A stretch of 64,000 nt of DNA, taken from NCBI RefSeq assembly GCF_004010195.1, contig NC_057728.1, positions 53,216,174 to 53,280,173 of the forward strand, written 5' to 3'. The translations under genes were made by a program, and so were the position numbers. Each line of letters begins with the position of its first letter. The first letter of the stretch is position 1. The DNA is from Chiloscyllium plagiosum. Taxonomy: Eukaryota. Below the pieces are notes generated by a model. That model saw only the letters and a program-made list of their open reading frames with translations. It was not told the origin of the DNA and searched no databases. Positions 1 through 11,349 of the stretch are shown here, one piece after another.

Positions 1-513
1 CAAAACAGAAGCCAATCTGATTCAAAAGCTTGCTGTCCACAATAGTTTAGTGCCAATCAGGCAGCTAACCGTGAACCACACCGTTAGCCTGGCCCTTAAC
101 TCTTCCCAATACTCGGCAGCCGATATCAGAATGCCACAGATGAAGATTTCAACACCCCAGGCAGTAAGGAAGAAAGAAAGTTCCTCCTTCAAACGCGGGC
201 TGTCGAGGAACCAGACTATCCCCGCACATCAAAGGTTGGTGAGAGGGAGGAACGCCACAGGGGTCAGGGAGAAACTTCCCAAACTAAAGAAAGTCATCAA
301 ACCAACAAAGCAATCCAGGAAACCTCAAAAGCAACGGTCATCCAAACAGAGCACCAAGAAGCTCAAAGCTCGTGTAAAACTAGATCGGCTGACAAAGCAC
401 CTGAAGGTTAAAAAAGGGAAAAGCAGCAAGACTGGAAAGAGCAAAGTGAAGCAGACACCCTTCCCCTATTTTGAAGACTATTACTGTCCCCCTCAGTGTT
501 CTTGCTACGGAAG
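1..513 (+). CDS. Upstream coding exon (5'-truncated by the window) of an SLRP/ECM2-like LRR gene: basic Lys/Arg-rich region plus first three Cys of the N-cap
   Basis: Frame 2 is open from base 2 and ends ...PFPYFEDYYCPPQCSCYG-AG, then donor AG|GTATTG (GT at 514-515). The phase-2 join to 9972 gives CPPQCSCYGRIVQCSDKGL. Confidence 0.85.
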
Positions 514-575
514 GTATTGATTTTTTTTTAATATGTTCTGTTATTGATAAAGATCCAAACATTTAACCCATACTA

Positions 576-905
576 CGGGTACACAATCCTTTATCTGAAA
601 TTCCGAAATCCGAAAAGCTCTGAAATCTTTTCGTGGAGTGTGGAGCGTCATTTTGGCGTGTGATCAGGTGACCCAAATCCACACCCACTCGAACCACGTC
701 ACTCAGATATGACATGGTGGCATGGCCCAGCACTGGCAGGTTTCAATTCTGTCTCAGCGTTCATACTATTCACACGTGCATCTGCTGTTAGGTAATTTTT
801 AAAAAATTTCACTGTGAAAATGTCATTTATTCTGAAATCCAAAAAAATTCTGAATTCCAAAAAACAACTGGCCCCAAGGATTTCGGAGAAAGGATTGTGT
901 ACCTG
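576..905. mobile_element. MITE, Tc1/mariner (pogo/Tigger-like) non-autonomous DNA transposon
   Basis: TIRs cgggtacacaatcctttatctgaaat and atttcggagaaaggattgtgtacctg. TA on both sides (574-575, 906-907). No ORF. Confidence 0.85.
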
Positions 906-1035
906 TATTTATCTTACGCTGTTTAGAGCCATGAAAGGTGAAGGGAGTAGGAGGCTTTGTGGAAAAAGCTTACTTTATATACAGTGAACTGTTGTGATCT
1001 GAAATGGGCAATCAATTGATAACAAGAATGATGTC

Positions 1036-1325
1036 TTAGTGGTTAGCACTGCAGTCTCACAGCGCCAGGGACCCGGGTTCGATTCCAGCCTCGGGCAGAC
1101 TGTCTGTGTGGAGTTTGCACAATTTCCGTGTCTGCGTGGGTTTCCTCCGGGTGCTCCGGTTTCCTCCCACGGTCCAAAGATGTGCAGGTCAGGTGGATTG
1201 ACCGTACTAAATTACCCATAGCGTTAGGTGCATTAGTCAGAGGGAAATGGGTTACTCTTCGGAGGCTCGGTGTTGACCTGAAGGGCCTGTTCCCACACTG
1301 TAGGGAATCTAATCTAAAAAAAAAA
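1036..1325 (+). mobile_element. HE1-like tRNA-derived V-SINE
   Basis: A box (tagtggttagc) and B box (gggttcgattcc). V-domain tgtgtggagtttgcac...gtgggtttcctccgggtgctccggtttcctcccac. CR1-like tail, then (aatct)n and an A run. Confidence 0.9.
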
Positions 1326-1959
1326 CTTTCAGGCAGTTGGATAAATACTTAAATCTGCAGGGCAATGGTAACAGAGCAGGGAAAAATGGGACAAATTGGA
1401 TAGCTCTTTCAAATAAGCTAGCACTGCTATTAAAGGCTGGATGGCCTATTTTGTGCTGTGTGATTTGATGGATGTCTACTGCTTCAATGGATCTACTAAT
1501 TTGAATGGAGTAAAGACACAGTAAGGAAAGTTTACTGGAATGGGTTAAGCACTTTTCAAACTTATATTGGCAATTTAGATGCTCTCGAAATGAAAATGTT
1601 GGTGGACAATGCATCCCACTGCAGTTGGCAATCCCACCACCATTCAACATCCACAGCTGCCATCCAAACTGATTGTTCTGTGAACCCAGCGGTGCCCCCT
1701 GGAAGTTATGGCCACCACTGTAACTGCGCGCACTTTGACAAGTCCAAGTGGTGGGATCATGCCTTACAATGGGAACTGCAATGGTCGGGCCCAGGGTGAG
1801 GCGTATTGTTTGGGTTGGCAAGGCTGGATGGCTATGGGCATTTGGGGTGGAGGGCGGGGGGAGGGAGGGGTTGATGGTGGGGCAGACGGTCAGGGAGAAA
1901 GGCTCTAAAAGATGTCTTCACTCCTTCCCAACCGGAGATCTGAGCAGCACCTGTTCCTT

Positions 1960-2242
1960 CCAAGCACACCATCTAGAAAGTCAAGGTCACACTTATATGG
2001 AACATCGCTTCCTGCAAATCCCCCCTCGATATCACTCACCATCCTGACTTAGAAATATATCGCTGTCCCTTCACTGTGGCTGGGTCAAAATCCTGGAACT
2101 CCCTCCCTGACAACATTGAGAACATTGTCCTTACACTACATGCAGTGCTTCAAGAAGGTGCTCTCTACCATTTTATCCAGGGAAACTAGGGACAGGCAAT
2201 TAATGCCAGCTCAGCCAGCAATGCCCACATCCCATGAATGAA
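1960..2242 (+). mobile_element. 3' end of LINE family also seen at 60243-63010
   Basis: Shares cttcactgtggctgggtcaaaatcctggaactccctccct...ttcaagaagg...cccacatccc...gaat with 62830-63010. Confidence 0.7.
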
Positions 2243-2611
2243 TTGAGTTGAGGTCACACCACCTCTGTGTCCCCAGACCATGATCCCTTCCTGCCAGCTG
2301 TGGGCCTGTACTTTGCCATTAATTGGCCATTCAGGCATTGAATTGGGCATGAGAAAGCCACTTCAGGAATTTCACAGGCCACTCTGCCCATCTCTACCTC
2401 CAACACCTACCATCCCCTACCCCAGGAGTGAGGGACCATCAGATTCTGCTGGTTATTTCTCAGAATTAAACCTGACAAGTGTTAATTCATGGAGAAAGTG
2501 AAAAGATCACTCCATATTGGCTCGCTCCCCATTTAAAGTATGCCAAGTTCATAAAACTAAGTTAAAATACTTTGTCCGATTTTTATTGATTGCCAATTGA
2601 TCTTCTATATT

Positions 2612-2838
2612 CGATTTTTGAGAAGATTTGTCACTCGGTTTGATGATAAGTATCTACCTTCCCTTGATAAAAAGAACAGGAAATGACATCACCCACCTTA
2701 TGAAACCTTAACCTATAAATAGAGAGGTGGGACATACCACCAGCGCTCCACCAGAGACTCTCACTGATGATGGTACCTAGTACGGTGATGAAACATCTGA
2801 AAACAAATCTTCCAGCTCAGCGAGCTAATTTACACACT
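2612..2838 (+). mobile_element. Penelope-like element pLTR fragment with hammerhead motif
   Basis: Similar to PLE ends at 12132-12479, 36670-36811 and 63122+. Hammerhead core at 2761-2800. Confidence 0.75.
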
Positions 2839-3489
2839 TATCTTCTGTCATATGTTGACAAATCTGTTCACTCTCTTGTATGCTTTACATAGAATCCCTA
2901 CAGTGTGGAAGCAGGCCATTTGGCCCACATTGCCCTTCCAAACAGTAACCTACCAGACACACACCCCTACCCTATCCCTGTACCTCTGCATTTTCTGCTA
3001 ACCCACCTAAAATACACGGCATAGTTTCTTTCTCTGCCTCTCTTTCCCCACTTCTATCTCCCTTTGTCCCTGCTTCTTTCTTTGATAATTTTCCTTTCCC
3101 TTCACCTATCCCGCTACTCTGCCATTACCACTCCCCATCACCTCGACATCCAATTACCCACTCAGTCCATCATTAAACTTCTTTCCAACACTCTCCCGCC
3201 TTCCCCAACACAGCCCATCCAGGAGCTTCACTTCCACTTAGTCCTCACTTGACTATCGCCTTCTGTTGTCCCCATTCCAAATTACTCATCCCCACCTCTG
3301 GAAGAATGAGAAGAAAAAGGTCCATAAAATGCTCACCCTCAGTTCAGTTCGTTCCTCCTTTTGTTCTTAATCCTTTTTTCCAAAATCCCTCAAGCAGTCA
3401 TTGTCCTGGTCATTTCGTTGTGCACCTCCTATTTTTCCTCCGACATCAATGGACGCACTAAATGTCCAGAAACCTTTGAGTGCAGACAT

Positions 3490-3603
3490 TTTACTAATCA
3501 ATCTGTTTAGAGAGGTTATTCCACAGGCCTGGAGTAGGTGGGAATTGAAACCAGGCCCACCTGATCCAGAGGTAGGGACACTGCCACTACACCACACAAA
3601 CCC
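3490..3603 (-). mobile_element. Short tRNA-derived SINE (other copies ~22970-23160, 23865-23935, 29030-29100, 30850-30950, 55095-55190)
   Basis: Minus strand reads tggtgtagtggcagtgtccctacctctggatcaggtgggcctggtttcaattccc (A and B boxes). The motif recurs at the listed sites. Confidence 0.7.
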
Positions 3604-5387
3604 CACAGCCAGACTGCAGGATGCCCGCCATTTTGGATGAGGTAAATGATGATGTCTCTGCATTCCCAGTTCTGTATTTTTAAAATTTCAGCACTTCCAG
3701 GAGAGGTTTTGTTTTGTGAAAATCACATTCAGACTCCCACAAGCTCTCAAAAGGATTTGCAAGTTAGCCGGATGGAATTAGACAGTTGTGTTTAATTAGC
3801 ACAAAGCAACACTAATGAACTGTTGGTCAACAATTAGTGCAGTTTGGTGATAGATGAGACAGAATTATGATCACTTCTAGGCATTCTGGTTTTGAATTCA
3901 ACATCGTTATGAAATTTACATCACGCTATGCACTCTAACTGGCAGGAATAATTACCTGTGGGTAGAACTGACGATTACAAATGACTTCCTCACACCATCA
4001 CTCTGTCCTACTTTGAGAATCAACCCAATTGGGCCCACCCTTCCCCGTCCTACAGACATCCTCTCTTCCACTGGTGACCTCCCTTGCCTCTCTTATTCCT
4101 CTCTTCCTACACCATCACTATCACCCTCCTCACTTCACATTCCCCTCCCATTGTTGATAACCTCCTCTTTCCATCTGTTTGTCTCACCTCACCACTCCCC
4201 ATCTCAAAGCCTTCCCTCTCTTCATCCACTATCTCTGCCTGTTACCCATTACCCCAACCATTGATCAGCGACACCCCCCCCCCACATCAGCCCAATACCT
4301 CTCTCCCCTCATTGCTGGCCATCTTCACCCTGCCGCCCCACATTTTTCCACTCTTATTAACCCCAAATTCCCGTCCAGCCACTGGGAATAAAATATAACA
4401 AAGCTGAGTGAACATGATGCACAGAAAGTCTCAGCGGTGAGGGTGGATGAACTGAAGACAATCAAAGATTCTGATAAACACCAGAAGGCAATAAATTTTC
4501 AGGGTGCAGGGGTTGGGCAGGGAGAGGGGATCTAACTGGATTTGCTTCCCAGGATGGGGAGTCAGAATGGGATTGACTGACCAAACGGCACCCGATTGAG
4601 CAGACAGTGACTTTAATGACTTCATGACCACAATAACCTGGCCTCCTGTCCTGCACTGCTAGGAAATAACCATTCAACAACGCTGGACTGCTTTGTCGTG
4701 TGAGTCAGATGCAAGCCTCAGTCTTGCTGGTTTCCTGTAACATGTCCTACCGGCGATTGGCTGTCTTCACCCTAGCATCTTGGCAGTTCTCGGTGAATCT
4801 TGTGACCTGGCACATCTCTGGTTTTCTCTCGCTGGGAGCCGTGTGGTCTGTTCCTTTCACACATACTGAAACTGCCAGCTGCATTGAAAACACTGACAGC
4901 CTCCATGACTCTCCTCAACTCACAAGAGTGTCTCTGTCATCGACACAATGGGCCCCTGTTCCTCGAGGGAAGCCAGTGCTGTTTGATTAATCGTCAGGAC
5001 GATTGACAGCCTTGGAACTTTGACTGTTAACACAAGTGCTCCTGGTACGTCAGGCACACATTAACCATTTCATTGTTACGGCGCTAAAAAGAACCTATTT
5101 TAATTTCAGAACCTCATGCGTCACGTGACAGTTTGTTGCTAAAGGTGGTATCTGCATTGAAAGAATTCTTAAAGCACCTGTAAATAATATCAGGATGACA
5201 GGGCAATGGAGAGAAACTTATCCCCCCTAATAGGGGCATTGAGAGCTGGAAGAATATGTTTTAAAAGTAACTGCTAAAAGAAGCAAGATTGGCAAAAAAC
5301 CTTTTGCACAGATTGGTTAAGATCTGGAATGCATTGTTTGCAAGTCTGCTGGAGGAAGATTGAATTGAAACATTCAAAAAGGAATTA

Positions 5388-5564
5388 CAGAGGAACCTCA
5401 ATTATCTGGCAAATTTCGGATTACCCGGCAAGATCGCAAGGTCCCGATACTTGGCATTCGATTATCTAAACATTCGATTATCCAAACATTCAATTATCCA
5501 AACATTCAATTATCCGAACAAAATACTCCCCGCTCATGTGGTTCAGATAAACAAGGTTCCTCTG
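5388..5564. mobile_element. MITE (pogo/Tigger-like) with internal 16-bp tandem repeats
   Basis: TIRs cagaggaacctcaattatc and gataaacaaggttcctctg. TA on the left, CA on the right. Four copies of cattcRattatcYRaa at ~5455-5518. Confidence 0.75.
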
Positions 5565-6000
5565 CAGACCCGTATTTGAAAGATATGATGTGCAGGGCAA
5601 GAATTAGAATTCTGCTTATTGTCAGGTATTTTCAGGTACAGAAGTATGGGAATAAAGTAAGAAGTTTACAATGCCACCACACACGGTGCCATCATAGGCA
5701 CAAAGTACCTACGTACAAAATCTAAGGTAGAAAACAGATTTTAAAAAAGTTACACTAACTTGTGGTGATTCATAGTATGAGTTAAAAAATAAGAAATAAA
5801 GTTAAAAGGATAAACATTACAGTCGGATAAACAGATTACAGAGAAGTATTATATTGCAGTAGATCAGTGCAGGGGCTTTCCACATGTGGTCTGACCAGGC
5901 TCACTGAGGAGAAGGCAGGCGAATGGGACTCGGGGAAATTTGCCCACTTGGCGAAAAGTACAAGCTGAATGGCCGCCTTCTGTTTGTAATTCTGTGAAGT

Positions 6001-8236
6001 TATAGAGTCATAGAGTCAGTGTCACAGAATATACAGCACGACAACAGACACTTTGGTCCAGCTCATCCTGTTGAAAAAGATATCCTAACCTAATCTAGTC
6101 CCAATTGCCAGCACATGGCCATTTAAACTTTTCCAGATGTCTTTTAAATGTAATTGTACCAGTCTCCACCACTTCCTCTGGCAGGTCAATCCATAAATGC
6201 TCTGCATGAAAACTTTACCTCTTAGGTCCCTTTTAAATTTTTCCCCTCTCACCCTAAACCTATGCCCTTTAGTTATGGATTCCCCCACCCCAGGGAAAAG
6301 GCTTTGTCTATTTATCGTATCCATGCCCCTCATGATTTTATAAAGCGCTATAATGTCACCCCCTCAGTCTCCGATGTTCCAGGGAAAACAGCCCCAGCCA
6401 ATTCAACCTCTCCCTATAGCTCAAACCTTCCAACTCTGGCAACATCCTTGTAAATCTTTTCTGAACCCTTTCAAATTTCACAACATCTTTCCGATAGGAA
6501 GGAGACCAGAATTGCATGCAATATTCCAAAAGTAGCCTAACCAATGTCCTGTACAGCAGCAACATGACCTCCCAACTCCTGTACTCAATACTCTGACCAA
6601 TAAAGGAAAGCATACCAAACGCCTCCTTTACCATTCCATCTACCTGCAACTCTACTTTCAAGGAACTATGAACATGCACTGGAAGGTCTCTTTGTTCAGC
6701 AACACTCCCTAGGACCTTATCATCATTAAGTGTATAAGTCCTGCCCTGATGTGCCTTTCCAAAATGCAGCACCTCACATCTATCTAAATTAAACTCCATC
6801 TGCCACTCCTCAGCCCATTGGCCCATATGATCAAGATCCAGTTGTACTCTGAGGTAACCTTCTTCACTGTCCACTACACCATCAATTTTGGTATCATGTG
6901 CAAACTTACTAACTACACCTCTCATGCTCGCATCCAAATCATTTATGTAAATGACAAACAGTAGAGGACCCAGCATCGATCCTTGTGGCACTCCACTGGT
7001 CACAGGCCTCCAGTCTGAAAAGCAACCCTCCACCACCACCCTGTGTCTTCTACCTTTGAGCCAGTTTCCAAATGGCGAGTTCTCCCTGTATTCCATGAGA
7101 TCTAACCTTGCTAATCAGTCTCTCATGGGGAATCATGTCGAACGCCTTACTGAAGTCATATAGATCACATCTACCACTCTACCCACATCAATCCTCTTTG
7201 TTACTGCTTCAAAAGATTCAATCAAGTTTGTGAGACATGATTTCCCACACACAAAGCCATGTTGACTATCCCTAATCAGAGCTGAAAATGTGGTGCTGGA
7301 AAAGCGCAGCAGGTCAGGCAGCATCCAAGGAGCAGGAGAATCGACATTTCGGGCATGAGCCTTTTTTCAGGATTCGTGAAGAAGGGCTCATGCCCGAAAT
7401 GTCGATTCTCCTGCTCCTTGGACGCTGCCTGACCTGCTGCGCTTTTCCAGCAACACATTTTCAGCTCTGATCTCCAGCATCTGCAGTTCTCACTTTCTCC
7501 GATCCCTAATCAGTCCTTGCCTTTCCAAATACATGTACATCCTGTCTCTCAGGATTCCCTCCAACAACTTGCTCACCACCAATTTCAGGTTCACTGGTCT
7601 TTAGATCCCTGGCTTGTCCTTACCACCTTTCTTAAAATAGTGGCACCACGTTTGCCAACCTCCAGTTTTCCAGCACCTCACCTGCGACTATCAATGATGT
7701 AAATATCTCAACAAGATGCCCAGCAATCACTTCCCTAACTTCCCACAAAGTTCTAGGGTACACCTGATCAGGTCTGGGAATTTATCAGTTTTACTGTGTT
7801 TTAAGACATCTAGAACCTCCTCCTCTGTAATATGGACATTTTTCAAGATGTCACCATTTATTTCCCCACGTTCTATATCTTCCATGTCCTTCTCCACAGT
7901 AGATACGAATGCAAAATACTCATTTAGTATCTCCTCATTTTCTGTGGTTCCACACATGGGTTGCTTTGCTGATCTTTGAGGGGCCATATTCTCTCCCTAG
8001 CTATCCTTTCATCCTTAATGTATTTGTAAAATCCCTTTGGATTCTCTTTAACGTTATTTGCCAAAACGATCTCATGTCCCCTTTTTGTCCGCCTGATTTC
8101 CCTCTTAAGTATACTCTCACTGCCTTTCTACTCTAAGAATTCACTTGATCTCTGCTGACATATGCTTCCTTCTTTTTCTTAACCAAAGACTCAATTTCTC
8201 TCGGTCATCCAGCATACCCTGCATCTACCAGCCTCT
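6001..8236 (-). mobile_element. CR1 LINE (HER1-like), 5'-truncated and defective
   Basis: RT motifs TSGVPQGSMLGPLLF..YINDL, FAHDTK and LEYCMQFWSPSYRKD. (tgactcta)n tail at ~6001-6018. Frameshifts present. Confidence 0.93.
7280..7501. mobile_element. Fold-back Penelope-derived insertion inside CR1
   Basis: ~95-bp inverted arms. 12-bp TSD atccctaatcag (7268-7279 and 7502-7513). Degenerate hammerhead in each arm. Confidence 0.85.
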
Positions 8237-8255
8237 AAGTTCCAAGACACTTCAC

Positions 8256-8768
8256 TGAAATAACTCCACAGAGGCTGGTACCCCGTCACCAAGTCACCCT
8301 TTACTTACACGTGGAAAGTCCTTGATGCTGGTCCTGCTCCCTCAGAGCCAGCTCTCAGATGAACAGAATCTCTGACATTCTGCTTTTTTTTTCTCTTCTT
8401 TTTCCTGACACTCCTGTTTATATTTTTTATTTTTTTTCCCACACTACTGCTTAACGGTGATAGTGCTTATTTTTCCCTGGCACCGATGTGTGTGTGCAAG
8501 TGAAAGACACAAGGTGTACGAATCTTTATTTAGTTTCCACCACCAGGAAGAAAGGAAACACCTGAGTGGCCAGTGACAAGCAGTGCCCTTCACATCAAAG
8601 GGCAATGCTGCGTGATCAAACAATAAAAGGGAGGGCAGGGATTAAATCAAAAACATTCTGCTTTTTATCTGTCAGCCAGGGCTCCCTGATTGGATCAGAT
8701 TAACCATTCCAATCAGGGAATTCATATTCTAGGTGGTTCACCTGGCTAACCTCATGACAATCACTACA
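8256..8768 (-). mobile_element. Solo LTR
   Basis: Minus strand begins TGTAGTGA and ends TTATTTCA. 5-bp TSD ttcac (8251-8255 and 8769-8773). Confidence 0.8.
8389..8652 (-). mobile_element. Tx1/L1-like 3' UTR fragment inserted in the solo LTR
   Basis: Reverse complement of ~18680-18900. TSD acattctgcttttt (8375-8388 and 8653-8666). T-rich tail. Confidence 0.8.
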
Positions 8769-9579
8769 TTCACTGCAGAATTATGCATAAGTGAAAAATG
8801 CAGAATCTCTTGTGGGTTAGAGTCAAAACACATTGGAATTGTGTCAAACCATGCACTAGACGATACTTTATTGCAATACACAGAAATTACAGCGTTGACG
8901 TAAGGCAGTCAGACCTGACCATCCCTATCTGCCTAACTGGAGTCTCTGCCACTTCCCTCATTTAATCTAGTAACGTAATAAATAATGAGCTTCTGCTTCC
9001 TTCTCCTTCGCCATGCTAACTTCTTTATTGTTCACTTTAGCTGCTCCCTCTTCTCATGAACTGCACTTTCTCATCACTCTGAGTAAAGAAATTTCTTCTG
9101 AAGTCATCATTGGATGTTTTGTATTGATGGCCTCTGGCTATGCTCTTTCACACAACTGGAAACCTTCTCCCTGCCTATGTCAAAGTCTTTCACAAGTGTA
9201 AAGACCTCTATTAGCTTGTACCAAAGCAGAGTCAAATCAGACTCTGAATTTTAACTCTGTCTCTCTCTCCACTAATGCTGCTGGGTTTGCTGAGTTTCTC
9301 CCGCACCTTTCATTTTGATTTCAGATCTCCAGCATCCACAATAGTTTGTTCTTATTTGGTGGTGCAGGGAATATGGAATTACTGGTTGTACATTATATTC
9401 AGCTTTACAACAAACGTTTTGCAGTTAAAGGATTATTGTTCAAAAAGAAGACACATCAAGGACCTTCGAATCCTCAAATCCTCAATCCTCTTCAAACTTT
9501 AGCTCATTTGTCATTCTGTAGCTCATATCCTCAAATTTCAAATTCCCATCATTTTAAATCCTTCCATGGCCTCACACTG

Positions 9580-9716
9580 TGGATGCAAGTTTGCTCGCTG
9601 AGCTGGAAGGTTTGTTTTCAGAGGTTTCGTCACCATACCAGGTAACATCATTGGTGAGCCTTCAGTGAAGCACTGGTGGTGTGACCCACTTTCTATTTAT
9701 GTGTTTGGGTTTCCTG
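9580..9716 (-). mobile_element. Penelope pLTR fragment with degenerate hammerhead
   Basis: Matches 36265-36400 and 63122-63260. Confidence 0.7.
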
Positions 9717-9971
9717 AGCTACAACTCTTTTCAAAACTCACCCTCACACCTCTCTTTCCCTGTAACCTGAAGCAGCACAGTAATCTGTATGAGCATTCCA
9801 ATTTGGATTCTTGTGCATTGTTCATTCCTCTCCCAACAGACAAGGCCCCTTCTTCCAAAATTATCAATAGCTTGGAAAAGCTGCTGTCATTTTATGTTGT
9901 TAAAGATCACTGGCCATGTACCACTAAATAGTTACCTTTCTCATCAGTTCTAAATGCTTGTTTGCTTTCAG

Positions 9972-11058
9972 GATTGTCCAGTGTTCCGATAAAGGGCTAA
10001 ACAAAATCCCATATGGAATTCCCTTCAACACCAGGAACCTACTTCTAATGAACAACAAGATCGACTTAATTCCGTTGGGTTTGTTGGATGAGTATATGTT
10101 GCTGGAATTTCTGGTTCTGAACAATAATAAGCTGACAGATATTGGGGTCGAGGGTGCTTTGGAAGGCATACAGAAGCTGACTCGATTATACATGGATCAG
10201 AACAATCTCTCCACGGTGCCTAAAGATCTACCCATGTCCCTGGAAGAGTTAACGCTGAACTCAAATAATATCAGCGTCATGCCATCGAATGTCTGGGCAA
10301 ACTGCAAGAATCTCCGAATCATTAGCTTCAATGACAACAGGATAAGGAACGAGTCCATTCCCCCAGGCACCTTCAAACCACTGCAGAATTTGCACACCAT
10401 CAAAATGAATCACAACCTGTTGACTGCCATTCCCACCAATTTGAGTACAAGCCTACGACAGTTGTACTTGGAAGGAAATCAGATTCGAAAAATACCAGAC
10501 AGTGTGTTTACCAATTCCTCTGCACTGATCTATCTCGATCTCCATGACAACCGACTCAACAATAAAGGCATCACGGAAAAGGCCTTCCAATACATGACCC
10601 AGCTTGAATATTTGGATCTCAGTAAAAATTCTCTCACTGCTATCCCCAAGCTACTCCCTCGTTCCTTGAAGAAACTGATTCTCCATGCCAATGGCATCAC
10701 CGCCATCAGGAGGGATGCCTTTACAAACATGGTGAACCTGGAGGAAATCTATTTAGCACACAACCAAATTTCATTGGTGGCAGCTGGCACTTTTTGGGAC
10801 TTGCCGGGGCTCCGGTGTTTGGACTTGAGTCACAACCGGCTACACCAGGTACCTCGCCAACTGCCTTTAACATTGCAGAACCTCTACCTTCACAGCAATA
10901 GGATCGTTGCTATTCCTGGAGACTCTGTCTGTGGTCACCATTGGGAAAGGAGTCACCTCATATTGGTCCGCCTTGAGAAGAACAACTTGGACCAGAGGCA
11001 ACTGGATGCCCGGGCATTGAGATGTCTTCGGGGCTATCAGGTGATTCATCTTGACTGA
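9972..11058 (+). CDS. Terminal coding exon of SLRP/ECM2-like extracellular leucine-rich repeat protein
   Basis: Acceptor tttgctttcAG (9970-9971). Uninterrupted ORF with 14 LxxLxLxxN repeats in four long-long-short triplets, then an 'ear' repeat (DSVCGHHW) and an LRRCE-like cap (ALRCLRGYQVIHL). TGA ends at 11058. Confidence 0.93.
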
Positions 11059-11349
11059 GCTTCAGAGAGGAAACTCGACTCCTTTCCAATTCAGGTGACA
11101 GATTTTACAAAAGCTTGTAGCTCAAAGCTAGCTGTGAATTTATTGGGTATGGTTTGTTTTTACACTCAGAGCAAAAGAGATCAATTTTGATCCATTCTGT
11201 TTTGGATGCAATGAAGAACATTTGTAAAACAAGATTAAGACTTTGGCCACATGACTTTGTATTCTGATATTATTGGAACCTGTAAGAGGGAATCCAATAC
11301 TTTTGATGTGCTTCCCTTTTTATTTTATGGATGTAGAGTGATATGTATG

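Noticed and set aside
50..520. Stand-alone 156-aa histone-like or basic protein ORF
   Set aside because: It has a GTG start, the frame is open upstream to the window edge, and a splice donor at 514 precedes the stop. It is an exon of the LRR gene.
1036..1095. tRNA genes (here and at other SINE heads)
   Set aside because: A and B boxes run straight into SINE bodies with no complete cloverleaf.
3020..4398. Pro/Ser/Leu-rich ORFs at 3064-3461 and 4013-4398
   Set aside because: They are by-products of C/T-rich low-complexity sequence, open in several frames, with no splice or domain support.
7276..7470. Mirror-image 60-aa ORFs on both strands, or a miRNA hairpin
   Set aside because: Explained by the inverted arms of a TSD-flanked PLE insertion.
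9958..9971. Start of the LRR ORF as listed (TTG)
   Set aside because: This is the polypyrimidine tract and acceptor. The exon starts at 9972.
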